Positions 1-10,946 of a stretch of DNA of 64,000 nt are shown piece after piece. The position numbers and the translations under genes were made by a program. Each line of letters begins with the position of its first letter. The first letter of the stretch is position 1. The notes under the pieces were generated by a model. That model saw only the letters and a list, made by a program, of their open reading frames with translations, searched no databases and was not told the DNA's origin. This stretch comes from Rhodoluna sp. (GTDB taxonomy: Bacteria > Actinomycetota > Actinomycetes > Actinomycetales > Microbacteriaceae), in contig JAGOAI010000001.1 of the NCBI GenBank assembly GCA_017983965.1, positions 475 through 64,474 on the forward strand, given 5' to 3'.

Positions 1-1096
1 GCTTTCCGGCGCGAAGATAGAACGGAACACCAGCCCAGCGGCGAGTGTTGATGTCGAGACGCATAGCGGCAAAGGTTTCGGTTACCGATTTAGGGTTCAT
101 TCCGTCTTCAGCCAAGAAGCCGGTGACTTGCTCGCCACCTTGCCAGCCACTTTCATACTGACCGCGAGCGGTGTGCTTGCCAAGATCTTCTGGCAGTGTG
201 ACAGCAGACAGAACCTTCTCTTTCTCGGCGCGCAAGTCTGCGGCATCGAAAGAAACCGGTTCTTCCATGGCGGTGAGTGCCAGCAGCTGAAGCAAGTGAT
301 TCTGAATCACGTCTCGCGCGGCACCAATGCCGTCGTAATAACCGGCGCGACCACCGACGCCAATGTCTTCTGCCATCGTGATCTGAACGTGGTCGATGTA
401 GTTGGCGTTCCATAGCGGTTCAAAAAGTTGGTTTGCGAAGCGCAAGGCCAAAATGTTCTGAACTGTCTCTTTGCCGAGATAGTGGTCGATTCTAAAGACC
501 GAGTCAGCCGGAAACACCGATTCAACGACCTTGTTAAGTTCGCGAGCCGACTTGAGGTCGTGGCCAAATGGCTTCTCGATAACCACTCGACGAAACTCGT
601 CTGGCTTTGGTTGGGCGAGGCCGCTCTTTGAAAGTTGCTCGCAAACCACTTCGAAGGCCTTTGGCGGAATCGATAGGTAGAACGCGTGATTGCCATTAGT
701 GCCACGCTTGGCATCGAGCTCTTCGATGGTTTCTTTTAGACGTTCGAAAGCACTGTCGTCGGTGAATTCACCAGAGACGAATCTGATTCCGCTTGAGAGT
801 TGCTCCCAGACCTCTTCGCTCCAAGGCGTGCGGGCATATTGCTGAACTGCCTCTTTGACTACTTTGCCGAAGTCTTGGTGCTCCCAATCGCGACGGGCAA
901 AACCGACAAGCGCAAAGCCAGGCGGAAGCAAGCCACGGTTGGCTAAGTCATAGACGGCTGGCATCAGTTTCTTGCGCGATAGGTCTCCGGTGACACCGAA
1001 GATAATCAGGCTGCTCGGGCCGGCGATGCGATTCAGACGACGATCGTCTGGGTCGCGCAGCGGGTTATTGCCCGGGCCAAGTTTTACAGGACTCAT
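1..1096 (-). CDS. zwf: Glucose-6-phosphate 1-dehydrogenase (3' end runs off window start)
   Basis: Not in ORF track. Manual translation from ATG at 1096 gives MSPVKLGPGNNPLRDPDDRRLNRIAGPSSLIIFGVTGDLSRKKLMP (GxTGDL motif), with RIDHYLGKE downstream; tkt-tal-pgi-zwf synteny. Confidence 0.96.
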   Translation of the reverse strand, partial: MSPVKLGPGNNPLRDPDDRRLNRIAGPSSLIIFGVTGDLSRKKLMPAVYDLANRGLLPPGFALVGFARRDWEHQDFGKVVKEAVQQYARTPWSEEVWEQLSSGIRFVSGEFTDDSAFERLKETIEELDAKRGTNGNHAFYLSIPPKAFEVVCEQLSKSGLAQPKPDEFRRVVIEKPFGHDLKSARELNKVVESVFPADSVFRIDHYLGKETVQNILALRFANQLFEPLWNANYIDHVQITMAEDIGVGGRAGYYDGIGAARDVIQNHLLQLLALTAMEEPVSFDAADLRAEKEKVLSAVTLPEDLGKHTARGQYESGWQGGEQVTGFLAEDGMNPKSVTETFAAMRLDINTRRWAGVPFYLRAGK

Positions 1097-1107
1097 CGAT
1101 ATCTTTC

Positions 1108-2712
1108 TTAGGCGAGTATTCGCTTGATTGCTTCGATGCCGGCTTTGGCATCTTGCAGAGTGAGGGTTAGCACCGCACGCGAGTGGTCGGCGAGAACCTT
1201 TGCGTCGCCGGCAGCCTGCGAAGCGATTAGCTCGCCGAAGGTGAAGTCTCGGCCAGGCACGGCAATGTCGCTCTTGGCTTCAGAAACGATCTGAAGATAG
1301 ACACCCTGAGCCGGGCCGCCCTTGTGATATTGGCCGGTTGAATGCAAGAAGCGAGGTGCCCAGCCGAAGGTTACCGGTCGACGAGTTTTGGTCGCGAACA
1401 ACTCGCGCAGGTCTGCAGCCTCGGCAACCGATGTGCGATCTAGATAAGCATGGATAGACAGGTAACCCGAATCGGTGTCGAGCTGCTTCAACAACTTGGC
1501 AACTGCTGCCTCGGTTGAGCTAACACCGTCGAGGTTCAATGCGTCTGCGCGCACCTCAATTGAGTTGTCAACAAATAGGGGAGCAACGATTGCATCGCGC
1601 TGCTCGAGCATCGCGCGTGCTGCAATTTTTGCAGACTCTACGTCTGGCTGATCGAATGGATTAATGCCGATCAATCGACTCGCGATTACGGTTGCATACT
1701 CCCAAAGCATGAACTGAGCGCCGAGGTCGCCAGACACCGCAACTTCATCGCCGCGAGTGGTGGTTGCATCTGCAACGACGCGAACGGCAACTAGGTCGGC
1801 GAGCCCACTGTGCAGTTCAGCACTGTTTGGCTCAAGCACTACCGGCAAGATTCCCTTGCCAAGCTTTCCGGTTGACTCTGCAATCAGCTGTTCTGCCCAG
1901 TCGCCGAAACCAACAATCGATGTGCCGTCGTTGACGATTCCGATTTTGTCGCGCATTCCATATTCGCCAGGAGTCGCACCCAATGCAGCACCGAGAATCA
2001 GCGCTGGGTTTTCTGCACTGTCTGAAGAAAGCAGTTCAGAAACCGAGTTGGCCGAATTGAGCAGAGCTTGAATGTCTACACCCGCTAAACCAGAAGGAAC
2101 CAAACCGAATGCTGTCAGCGCGCTGTAGCGGCCGCCAACAGTGGCGTCTGCGTTGAAGATGCGGTAGCCATCGGCCTGAGCGGCTTTCTCCATTGGTGAG
2201 CCAGGGTCAGTCACAATCACGATTCGTTCGGTCTTGTCGATGCCGGCTTCGGTGAATGCCTTCTCGAAGATTCGCTTTTGTGAATCGGTTTCGACAGTCG
2301 AACCAGATTTAGAAGAAACCACGACTGCGGTCTTGTTCAAATCGCCTGCCAAAGCAGCGCCAACCTGATCTGCGTTTGTTGAATCGAGAACGACAAGCTC
2401 AACACCAGCGGTGCGAGTGATGACCTCTGGCGCAAGCGATGAACCACCCATGCCACAGAGAACAAATCGATTGACTCCCTTAGCGCGAAACTCATCACGC
2501 AGTGCAAGAATCGAGTCGACCAGCGGTTGAGAATCGACGGCCGACGTAACCCATCCGAGTCGAATTGAAGACTCAGCTTCAGCATCTTTGCCCCAGAGTG
2601 TGAAGTCTTTGGCCGCAATGCGAGATGCCACTTTGTCGGCAACCAGAGAGCCGATGTTTTCAGCAACGGCAGCGGCGGCCGAACCGCCAGCAACAACCTT
2701 AAGAGTTGACAA
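1108..2712 (-). CDS. pgi: Glucose-6-phosphate isomerase (type resembling the Pgi half of Tal-Pgi fusions)
   Basis: GMGGSSL, SSKSGSTVET, GGRYSAL, EQLIAESTGK and FDQPDVE motifs. Start moved to TTG 2712, just after the tal stop. Confidence 0.92.
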   Translation of the reverse strand: MSTLKVVAGGSAAAAVAENIGSLVADKVASRIAAKDFTLWGKDAEAESSIRLGWVTSAVDSQPLVDSILALRDEFRAKGVNRFVLCGMGGSSLAPEVITRTAGVELVVLDSTNADQVGAALAGDLNKTAVVVSSKSGSTVETDSQKRIFEKAFTEAGIDKTERIVIVTDPGSPMEKAAQADGYRIFNADATVGGRYSALTAFGLVPSGLAGVDIQALLNSANSVSELLSSDSAENPALILGAALGATPGEYGMRDKIGIVNDGTSIVGFGDWAEQLIAESTGKLGKGILPVVLEPNSAELHSGLADLVAVRVVADATTTRGDEVAVSGDLGAQFMLWEYATVIASRLIGINPFDQPDVESAKIAARAMLEQRDAIVAPLFVDNSIEVRADALNLDGVSSTEAAVAKLLKQLDTDSGYLSIHAYLDRTSVAEAADLRELFATKTRRPVTFGWAPRFLHSTGQYHKGGPAQGVYLQIVSEAKSDIAVPGRDFTFGELIASQAAGDAKVLADHSRAVLTLTLQDAKAGIEAIKRILA

Positions 2713-2719
2713 TTGATTC

Positions 2720-3826
2720 CTACTTTGCTGACGCGAGTGCGCCGGTAACTGATTCAAGCAATTCGTTCCAAGAAACGATGAACTTCTCAACGCCTTCGCG
2801 CTCGAGCAATTCGGTCACGTCATCGTAGTCAACACCACAGGCTGCCACTGCAAGCAATATCATGTTTGCTTCTTCGTAGCGGTTGGTGATTGAGTTCGCA
2901 GGAACAACGCCGTGATCGAATACGGCCTCCATGGTCTTTTCAGGCATGGTGTTTACCAGCTGCGGTGCAACCAACTCGGTGACATAAAGAGTGTCGAGCA
3001 AATTTGGGTCTTTGACACCGGTTGATGCCATTAGCGGTCGCTGCACATTCGCACCAGCGGCTGCCAAGCCAGACCAGCGCTCGGTCGCAAATGCCTGCTC
3101 GAACACCTGGTAGGCGAGTCGGGCATTCGCAAGAGCCGCTTTGTTCTTAATGCCGAGCGCGTCGGTTGTGCCAACGGCATCGAGGCGCTTGTTGATTTCT
3201 AGGTCTACTCGTGAAACGAAGAATGAGGCAACAGAGTGAATCTTTGAGAGGTCGTGCCCGTTGGCCTGGGCCTTCTCGATTCCGGTGATGTAAGCATCGA
3301 TAACTTCGCGGTAGCGCTGCAACGAGAAGATAAGGGTCACGTTGACACTGATTCCCTCGGCGATTACCTCGGTGATCGCGGTGAGGCCTGCTTTGGTCGC
3401 CGGAATCTTGATCATCACGTTCTCGCGGTCTACCTTTGCGAAAAGCTGCTTCGCCTGCAAGATGGTGGCCTGTGCGTCGTGCGCTAGACCTGGTTCGACC
3501 TCAATTGAAACGCGACCGTCAAAGCCACCGGTTGAGTCGTAGACGCCCTTGAATATGTCGCAGGCTTCGGCGACATCTTGGGTAGTGATCTCGAAAACGG
3601 CCTTCGATGCATCGGCACCGGCAGCTGCAAGCTCGGCAAGCTGATCGCCATAGCCCTCACCCTTAGAAAGAGCGCCAGCGAAAATTGTTGGGTTGGTGGT
3701 TACACCGCTGACCGAGCGAGAGCCGATGAGCTCCTTGAGCTGGCCAGAACGAATGCGAGTGCGCGATAGATCGTCGAGCCAAATGCTTACGCCGTTGGTG
3801 GCTAGTTGTGCGAGTGGACTGTTCAT
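2720..3826 (-). CDS. tal: Transaldolase
   Basis: [18 protein letters not shown], catalytic [16 protein letters not shown]. Confidence 0.97.
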   Translation of the reverse strand: MNSPLAQLATNGVSIWLDDLSRTRIRSGQLKELIGSRSVSGVTTNPTIFAGALSKGEGYGDQLAELAAAGADASKAVFEITTQDVAEACDIFKGVYDSTGGFDGRVSIEVEPGLAHDAQATILQAKQLFAKVDRENVMIKIPATKAGLTAITEVIAEGISVNVTLIFSLQRYREVIDAYITGIEKAQANGHDLSKIHSVASFFVSRVDLEINKRLDAVGTTDALGIKNKAALANARLAYQVFEQAFATERWSGLAAAGANVQRPLMASTGVKDPNLLDTLYVTELVAPQLVNTMPEKTMEAVFDHGVVPANSITNRYEEANMILLAVAACGVDYDDVTELLEREGVEKFIVSWNELLESVTGALASAK

Positions 3827-3849
3827 GTGAATTCTCTTTCTATAAGTCT

Positions 3850-5946
3850 TTAGTTAGCTGCTGCTAGAGATTCGTGCGCTTTCGCAACAACGTTCTCGGT
3901 GGTGATTCCGAATTCACGGAACAGAGTCTTGTAATCGGCAGATGCTCCGAAGTGCTCAATCGAAACGCTGCGGCCAAACGGGCCAACATATTTGCTCCAT
4001 CCGAGGCTTAGGCCTGCCTCAACCGAAACGCGTGCCTTGACCGAAGAAGGCAAAACGCTTTCGCGATATGCATCGTTCTGCTCGTCGAACCATTCGAGAC
4101 AAGGAGCAGAGACCACGCGAGTGGCAACACCCTTGGCCTCGAGTTGCTCGCGAGCTGCAACCGCGAGTTGCACTTCTGAACCCGTAGCGATGATGATCAA
4201 CTCAGGCTTGCCATTCGCTGCATCGATGAGAGTGTAGGCACCCTTCGCAGTCAGTTCGGCACCGGCAAACACTGCTCCGGTTGCATCGGCTTCGCCGCGT
4301 TTGAACACTGGGATGTTCTGTCGAGTCAAAGCGATGCCCGCTGGGCCTTCGCGACGCTCAAGCATGGTCTTCCAGGCAAATGCAGTTTCGTTTGCATCGC
4401 CAGGTCGCACGATGTCTAACTGAGGAATCGCACGAAGAGTAGCTAACTGCTCGATTGGCTGGTGAGTCGGGCCATCTTCGCCAAGCGCAACAGAGTCGTG
4501 AGTCCAAACAAAAATGCTTGGCACCTTCATGAGTGCAGCGAGTCGCACAGCTGGGCGCATGTAGTCGCTGAAGATCAAGAAGGTTCCACCGAATGCGCGG
4601 GTGTTTCCGTGCAGGGCGATGCCATTCAAAATTGCACCCATCGCGTGCTCGCGAATTCCGAAGTGAAGAACGCGACCATACTGGTCACCGCTCCACTCGT
4701 GAGTTGACCACTCGGCAGGAATGAATGACTTTGCGCCGTTGATCGTGGTCAGGTTTGACTCGGCGAGGTCGGCCGAGCCACCCCAAAGTTCAGGCATGAC
4801 AGCCGCGATGCCGTTGATTACCTTGCCTGAGGCTGCACGCGTCGAAACCTCGGTGCCTCCTTCGAATGCAGGCAGTGCTGACTCAAGCTCGGCCGGGGCC
4901 TTGCCCGAAACAACGCGGTCGAGCAACGTCTTGGCGTCAGCGTTCTCGCTTGCCCAAGCGTCGAAAGACGCCTGCCACTGAGCGCGCACCTGGTCAGCGT
5001 GCTTCTGGTAACCGCGCGTGTGTTCAATTACATCGTTGGCAACATCGAAAGTCTTTTCAGGATCAAAGCCGAGTGCAGTCTTCAATCCAGCAAGTTCTTC
5101 GGCACCGAGTGCTGATCCGTGAATCTTTCCGCTGTTCTGTTTCTTTGGTGAAGGCCAACCGATGATGGTGCGAAGAATGATTAGCGAAGGCTTGTCGGTC
5201 TCAGCCTTTGCGCGCTCGATCGCCGCATAAAGCTCTGCAATGTCTTCGACGTAGTTTCCGGTTTTCTTCCAGTCGACAGTCTGGGTGTGCCAGCCGTAGG
5301 CCTGGTAGCGGTCGTTGACCGATTCGGTGAATGAAATGTCAGTGTCGTCTTCGATCGAAATCTGGTTTGAGTCATAAATGACAACCAGGTTGCCGAGCTT
5401 CTGGTGACCGGCGAGCGATGCAGCCTCAGCGGTTACACCCTCTTGCATGTCGCCATCGCCAGCGATTACATAGACGAAGTGATCGAAGGGTGATGTTCCG
5501 GTCGGTGCCTTCGGGTCAAAGAGTCCGCGTTCGAAACGCGCTGAATAAGCAAAACCAGTTGCCGATGCAAGACCCTGTCCGAGAGGGCCGGTTGTGATTT
5601 CAACACCCTTGGTGTGACCGAACTCTGGGTGACCAGGTGTGAGCGAACCCCAAGTGCGCAACGCCTTGAGGTCGTCGAGCTCTAGGCCGTATCCGTGCAA
5701 ATAAAGCTGGTTGTAAAGAGTTAGCGAGCTGTGCCCGACAGAAAGAATGAAACGGTCGCGACCTAGCCAGCGCTCATCGCTCGGGTCGTGGCGCATCACC
5801 TTGTTGAAAAGCAAATAGGCGACAGGGGCTAGTGAAATTGCGGTGCCAGGGTGGCCGTTGCCAACCTTTTCTACAGCGTCTGCTGCAAGAACGCGTGCGG
5901 TATCGACAGCCTTTGAGTCAAGGTCGGTCCATTGGAATGCTGACAA
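3850..5946 (-). CDS. tkt: Transketolase
   Basis: [18 protein letters not shown] (TPP binding), [17 protein letters not shown]. Confidence 0.98.
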   Translation of the reverse strand: MSAFQWTDLDSKAVDTARVLAADAVEKVGNGHPGTAISLAPVAYLLFNKVMRHDPSDERWLGRDRFILSVGHSSLTLYNQLYLHGYGLELDDLKALRTWGSLTPGHPEFGHTKGVEITTGPLGQGLASATGFAYSARFERGLFDPKAPTGTSPFDHFVYVIAGDGDMQEGVTAEAASLAGHQKLGNLVVIYDSNQISIEDDTDISFTESVNDRYQAYGWHTQTVDWKKTGNYVEDIAELYAAIERAKAETDKPSLIILRTIIGWPSPKKQNSGKIHGSALGAEELAGLKTALGFDPEKTFDVANDVIEHTRGYQKHADQVRAQWQASFDAWASENADAKTLLDRVVSGKAPAELESALPAFEGGTEVSTRAASGKVINGIAAVMPELWGGSADLAESNLTTINGAKSFIPAEWSTHEWSGDQYGRVLHFGIREHAMGAILNGIALHGNTRAFGGTFLIFSDYMRPAVRLAALMKVPSIFVWTHDSVALGEDGPTHQPIEQLATLRAIPQLDIVRPGDANETAFAWKTMLERREGPAGIALTRQNIPVFKRGEADATGAVFAGAELTAKGAYTLIDAANGKPELIIIATGSEVQLAVAAREQLEAKGVATRVVSAPCLEWFDEQNDAYRESVLPSSVKARVSVEAGLSLGWSKYVGPFGRSVSIEHFGASADYKTLFREFGITTENVVAKAHESLAAAN

Positions 5947-6035
5947 AACAGCTCCTTCATTAATAGGGATTGTTAACTGGTCTTGGCTTCGTTACCAAAA
6001 GGGGTGGGCCTAAGAATTTGGCCTCTGCGGATACT

Positions 6036-6053
6036 CTGCAATTCTAATTGCAG
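6036..6053. promoter_or_regulatory. Perfect inverted repeat CTGCAATT-CT-AATTGCAG overlapping a putative tkt -10 (TAGAAT on the minus strand)
   Basis: Seen directly in the tkt/ctaB divergent spacer; function inferred. Confidence 0.4.
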
Positions 6054-6106
6054 CCCACTAGGTTGCAGGAATAGGCGGCGAGGCAATTCGCTTAGACTTG
6101 AGCGAG

Positions 6107-7027
6107 ATGAGCAATTCACCAAAAACCCAAGCAAAATCGGCCAAACTCGGCTTTGCGGTCAAGGCCAAGGCATATTTGGCGCTAACCAAGCCTCGTGTGA
6201 TCGAATTGCTGCTCATCACCACCGTGCCAACCATGATTCTGGCCGAGCGGGGGGTGCCAAACCTATGGCTCGTTCTTGGCACGCTAGTCGGTGGAGCTCT
6301 TAGCGCTGGTTCTGCAAACGCCTTCAACTGCTACCTAGACGCCGACATAGACCACCTGATGGGTCGAACCAGCAAGCGCCCGCTGGTCACCGGCGAACTC
6401 TCAAAGCCTGAAGCCTTCATTTTCGCCTGGATAATCGGCGTTGCCTCGGTGCTCTGGCTTGGCCTTCTGGTCAACTGGTTGGCAGCATTGCTTTCACTCG
6501 GAGCAATTTTGTTCTACGTCTTGATTTACACACTGCTGCTGAAGCGCAGAACCCCACAAAACATCGTTTGGGGCGGGGCAGCGGGGGCGATGCCGGTGCT
6601 TATCGGCTGGGCCGCAGTGACTGGCGACCTCTCACCAGCCGCCTGGATGCTCTTCTTGGTCATCTTCTTATGGACTCCACCGCACTATTGGCCGCTTTCA
6701 ATGCGTTACAAGGCCGATTACGCCGCAGCTGGCGTGCCGATGTTGCCGGTGGTTCGCAATTCGGCAACCGTTGCCATTCAGATCGTCTTGTATGCCTGGG
6801 CCATGGTGGTTTCGAGTCTGCTGCTTATTCCGCTTGGCGACATGGGCTGGATCTACACGGGCGTCGCCGTGATCTCTGGCGGCTGGTTCATGTTTGAGAG
6901 CTACCGGCTATATCGCGAGGGCATGCGCGGCGAGGTAAAAAACCCGATGCGCCTTTTTCACGGATCAATTAGCTATCTAACGCTGCTGTTCGTTGCAGTG
7001 GCAATTGATCCGCTTCTGCACTTTTAA
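6107..7027 (+). CDS. ctaB: Heme o synthase (protoheme IX farnesyltransferase)
   Basis: [45 protein letters not shown] 6107 preferred over TTG 6098. Confidence 0.96.
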   Translation: MSNSPKTQAKSAKLGFAVKAKAYLALTKPRVIELLLITTVPTMILAERGVPNLWLVLGTLVGGALSAGSANAFNCYLDADIDHLMGRTSKRPLVTGELSKPEAFIFAWIIGVASVLWLGLLVNWLAALLSLGAILFYVLIYTLLLKRRTPQNIVWGGAAGAMPVLIGWAAVTGDLSPAAWMLFLVIFLWTPPHYWPLSMRYKADYAAAGVPMLPVVRNSATVAIQIVLYAWAMVVSSLLLIPLGDMGWIYTGVAVISGGWFMFESYRLYREGMRGEVKNPMRLFHGSISYLTLLFVAVAIDPLLHF

Positions 7028-7046
7028 TACACGCCTGATTGGGTCG

Positions 7047-8432
7047 TTAGTCGACTGGCTTTTTAATCTCGGCTAAACGAGCAAGTGCTTCTTCGCGCTC
7101 GGCAGCGTGATCGACAATCGGCTGCGAGTATCCGTGCGAATAACCACCGAGTAGATTCCACGGTTCGTGAACTTCGGCACCATCGATGTGTCGCAGTTCT
7201 GGAATGTACTTGCGAACGTAATCGCCGTTCGGGTCAAACTTGTAACCCTGGGTTATCGGATTGAAAACTCGATAGTAAGGGCTCGCATCGGTTCCACTGC
7301 CGGCTGTCCATTGCCAGCCATGCGCATTCGATGCCGGGTCGAAGTCGGTGAGCAACTCTTCAAAGTGAGCTGCGCCCTGCTGCCATTCGAGATGCAAATC
7401 TTTCACCAAGAACGAAGCAACAATCATTCGAACGCGATTGTGCATCCAGCCATCGGCCAACAGTTGTCGCATGCCGGCATCGACCATGGGGTAGCCAGTC
7501 TCGCCGCGCTTCCAGGCGTTTAGTTTTGCGTCTGCGTCAGTGCCTTTGTCATAACGCATTTGTGCAAAGCGTGGCTCGTAATAATCGTCGAGCGAATGTG
7601 GATTGCGGAACAACACATCTGCATAAAATTCACGCCAGCAAATTTCTTTTGCAAAAACAATCTCTGCATTGCTGCTCGAGAGTCTCGCCAAAATTGTTCT
7701 CGGATGAATTTCACCGTGAGCCAGTGCATGCGAGAGATGCGAGGTTCCGCTAAGGTCGGCACGATTGCGTTGTTCGTCATATTGCATGAGCGCTCGGTCA
7801 ATGAAACGCTCTAGCGTGCGCAAAGCAAATGCTTCGCCAGCGCGAATCTCGCGATCGAGTTCGGCAGAAGCGGCTGGGCGACCCAGGCACTCGATAGGTT
7901 CAATCCACTCGTGGCCTGCACTGATGAGCGCCGCCGGAGGGGCAGCAGCAAAGTTGAGCCAGGCCTTATAGAACGGCGTGTAGACCCGGTAGGCAGTTCC
8001 ATCGGGCTTATTCACGGTTCCGGGGGCTACGGCATAGGCGCTGTCATCAAGCTGCAAGAAGATGCCTTGATCTTTGAGCGCGAGGCCAACTGCGTTTTGC
8101 TCTTCAATGCCCTCTGGGTCGAAGGCACGTGTTGCGTGCACAACTTTTGCGCTGCAACTCTGGGCAACTTGAACCAACTGACTTGCAAAATCTTCGAGCC
8201 CGCGCGCGTGACGAATCGTAAGTTTGCGATCGATGCTTGCGCCGAGTGAGTCGAGTGAAGAAATTAGCGAGTGCTGGCGAATCGGCTTAAGTTTTTCGAA
8301 ATCATTCAAATCGACAACATAGGTGGCTGCGACTTCTTTATCGCCGTCAGCAACCGAACCTGAAATCGCAGCATTGAGCGCGAGGTTATCTTGCAGCCTC
8401 AGATCGCGACGAAACCAGAAAACGCGCGCCAT
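7047..8432 (-). CDS. phrB: DNA photolyase (CPD class I/III-like; cryptochrome-photolyase family)
   Basis: WFRRDLRLQDN, VYTPFYK, WREFY, GETGYPMVDAGMRQL, WMHNRVRM, D-x-D-PASN-xx-GWQW FAD-binding motifs. Confidence 0.93.
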   Translation of the reverse strand: MARVFWFRRDLRLQDNLALNAAISGSVADGDKEVAATYVVDLNDFEKLKPIRQHSLISSLDSLGASIDRKLTIRHARGLEDFASQLVQVAQSCSAKVVHATRAFDPEGIEEQNAVGLALKDQGIFLQLDDSAYAVAPGTVNKPDGTAYRVYTPFYKAWLNFAAAPPAALISAGHEWIEPIECLGRPAASAELDREIRAGEAFALRTLERFIDRALMQYDEQRNRADLSGTSHLSHALAHGEIHPRTILARLSSSNAEIVFAKEICWREFYADVLFRNPHSLDDYYEPRFAQMRYDKGTDADAKLNAWKRGETGYPMVDAGMRQLLADGWMHNRVRMIVASFLVKDLHLEWQQGAAHFEELLTDFDPASNAHGWQWTAGSGTDASPYYRVFNPITQGYKFDPNGDYVRKYIPELRHIDGAEVHEPWNLLGGYSHGYSQPIVDHAAEREEALARLAEIKKPVD

Positions 8433-8435
8433 TGA

Positions 8436-9311
8436 CTATTTGCCCCTGATGACGAGCCACTGAAAAGTCAACAGGCTGGCAATCACAGATGCTCCGAGCA
8501 TGTGCAAACCAACCAGCAGTGGCGGAACACCGAGGCGAGCTTGTGCGATGCCGAGAACGGCCTGAGCAATCAGAGCCACGACAAGCAGCGTGTTGATTTT
8601 CACGGCAAGCTTCAAACTGCCATCAACGTTCACACGTCGCAAGACCAAGAGGCTTGCAAATGAGAGCGCGAGCAAGACATAAGCCGGATAGCTGTGCCAG
8701 TGTTGCAAGATCTCGAGCGGCAAGCCGTTGCGCGGTGCATCGGCATCACCTGCGTGCGGGCCAGCACCAGTCACCACAACTCCAATGAGCAGCGTGACGA
8801 AACCGAATAACCAAATCGAAGGAGCTAGCCAATAGGCGCGGTAGGGAACAGCGACATGTTCGTTCGCATAAACGCGCCAAACCAGAATCGAGGTGATCGC
8901 AATGAGTGCAGCGCTAACCACGAAGTGAAGGCCGACAACCCAAGGGTTCAGGTTGGTGAGCACGCTGATGCCGCCGACAATTGCCTGGGCGAAAATGCCA
9001 AGCCCGGCTGCGAGAGCAGGCCAGACCAATCCGTGCCTCTTGTCTTTGCCCAGGCGCATGATGGTGATGAAGGTCAACAGTGCAATCAAAATGAGCACAT
9101 AGGTAAGCAGGCGGTTGGCAAACTCGATGAATCCGTGAATTCCTTGCTCTGGAACGTTGACGAGCGAATCTTCTGTGCACATTGGCCAGGTTGGGCAACC
9201 GAGACCCGAAGCGGTTAGACGAACTGCTCCGCCGGTCACCACAATCAAGATCTGACTAGCCAGCGAAAGCCAGGCATAAAGTCGAACCTTTGAACTAGCG
9301 AATAAGAACAC
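8436..9311 (-). CDS. ctaA: Heme A synthase (COX15/CtaA family)
   Basis: GGAVRLTASGLGCPTWPMC, IEFANR, conserved His in TM helices, GAGPHAGD. Confidence 0.9.
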   Translation of the reverse strand: MFLFASSKVRLYAWLSLASQILIVVTGGAVRLTASGLGCPTWPMCTEDSLVNVPEQGIHGFIEFANRLLTYVLILIALLTFITIMRLGKDKRHGLVWPALAAGLGIFAQAIVGGISVLTNLNPWVVGLHFVVSAALIAITSILVWRVYANEHVAVPYRAYWLAPSIWLFGFVTLLIGVVVTGAGPHAGDADAPRNGLPLEILQHWHSYPAYVLLALSFASLLVLRRVNVDGSLKLAVKINTLLVVALIAQAVLGIAQARLGVPPLLVGLHMLGASVIASLLTFQWLVIRGK

Positions 9312-9530
9312 TTGGAGCCTTTCGAAATGATGTCTAGCCAGATAAACCGAGCCAAGGTTAGACTTAGTCCCAGATTCAGCGGTGCACTAGTTTTTTCTAG
9401 TTTCGCATAGCAAATGCGGCAAGAAACCCTATTTTTAGGGCTTTGGCTGCGCCTTCGGGAATGTCGCCGCAGATCGTCGAGTTGTAATGTTTGGGCCGAA
9501 ATGAACATTCGAACCCAAGAAGGAGACCCA

Positions 9531-10946
9531 ATGACCGATATTGTTGACCGCTCAGAGCTTGATTCGCTCGGTGTCTATGAGTTTGGTTGGTCAGACAGCG
9601 ACGCAGCCGGCGAAGCCGCCAAGCGAGGCATCAACGAGGGCGTAGTTCGCAACATCAGCGGCCTCAAGAGCGAACCAGAATGGATGCTCGAAACCCGCCT
9701 AAAGGGGTTCAACTTCTTCGAACGCAAGCCAATGCCGGCCTGGGGCAGTGACCTCAGCGGCATCGACTTCGACAACATCAAATACTTTGTGCGCTCAACC
9801 GAAAAGCAGGCACAGTCTTGGGAAGACCTTCCTGAGGACATCCGCAACACCTACGAGCGCCTTGGAATTCCAGAGGCAGAACGCTCACGCCTAGTAGCCG
9901 GCGTTGCAGCCCAGTATGAATCTGAAGTGGTCTACCACCAGATTCACGAAGAGCTAGAAAAACAAGGCGTAATCTTTCTCGACACCGACACCGCTTTGAA
10001 AGAACACCCTGAACTGTTTCAGGAATACTTTGGCACCGTTATTCCAACGGGCGACAACAAGTTCGCAGCACTGAACACAGCTGTTTGGTCTGGCGGAAGC
10101 TTCGTTTACGTGCCAAAGGGTGTTCACGTCGAGATTCCACTGCAGGCATACTTTCGCATCAATACCGAAAACATGGGCCAGTTCGAGCGCACGCTGATCA
10201 TTGCCGACGAAGGCTCTTATGTGCACTACATCGAAGGCTGCACCGCACCGATTTACAACAGCGACTCACTGCACTCAGCAGTTGTCGAGATCATCGTGAA
10301 GAAGAACGCGCGAGTTCGCTACACGACAATTCAGAACTGGTCGACCAACGTTTACAACTTGGTTACCAAGCGCGCTATCGCTCACGAGGGTGCAACCATG
10401 GAATGGGTCGACGGAAACATCGGCTCAAAGGTAACCATGAAATACCCGGCGATCATCCTTGCTGGTGAACACGCTCGTGGCGAAACTCTTTCGGTTGCCT
10501 TTGCGGGCGAGGGTCAGCACCAAGACGCCGGTGCGAAGATGATTCACCTCGCTCCTCACACATCTTCATCGATCATCTCTAAGTCGATCGCGCGTGGTGG
10601 CGGAAGAACCTCATACCGAGGCGAGATCAAGGTTGCAGCCGGCGCGCACCACAGTGCGAACACAGTTCGCTGTGACGCACTGCTTGTCGACACAATCTCT
10701 CGAAGCGACACCTATCCGGCTGTCGATGTTCGTGAAGACGACGTAACCATGGGTCACGAGGCTACTGTTTCGCGAGTCAGCGATGAGCAGCTGTTCTATT
10801 TGCAATCTCGCGGTCTGCCTGAAGACGAAGCAATGGCGATGATTGTGCGCGGCTTCATCGAGCCAATCGCCAAAGAGTTGCCGATGGAATATGCCCTCGA
10901 GTTGAACAAACTAATTCAGATGCAGATGGAAGGGGCTGTCGGTTAA
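9531..10946 (+). CDS. sufB: Fe-S cluster assembly protein SufB
   Basis: [38 protein letters not shown] 9531 follows the AAGGAG Shine-Dalgarno. Confidence 0.97.
   Translation: MTDIVDRSELDSLGVYEFGWSDSDAAGEAAKRGINEGVVRNISGLKSEPEWMLETRLKGFNFFERKPMPAWGSDLSGIDFDNIKYFVRSTEKQAQSWEDLPEDIRNTYERLGIPEAERSRLVAGVAAQYESEVVYHQIHEELEKQGVIFLDTDTALKEHPELFQEYFGTVIPTGDNKFAALNTAVWSGGSFVYVPKGVHVEIPLQAYFRINTENMGQFERTLIIADEGSYVHYIEGCTAPIYNSDSLHSAVVEIIVKKNARVRYTTIQNWSTNVYNLVTKRAIAHEGATMEWVDGNIGSKVTMKYPAIILAGEHARGETLSVAFAGEGQHQDAGAKMIHLAPHTSSSIISKSIARGGGRTSYRGEIKVAAGAHHSANTVRCDALLVDTISRSDTYPAVDVREDDVTMGHEATVSRVSDEQLFYLQSRGLPEDEAMAMIVRGFIEPIAKELPMEYALELNKLIQMQMEGAVG

Noticed and set aside
128-714. Short ORFs listed in the track at the window start
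   Set aside because: They are shadow frames of the truncated zwf gene on the minus strand.
1108-3826. Possible frameshifted Tal-Pgi fusion (track ORF extends into tal)
   Set aside because: tal has a normal stop and pgi has its own TTG at 2712; separate genes are usual in this cluster.
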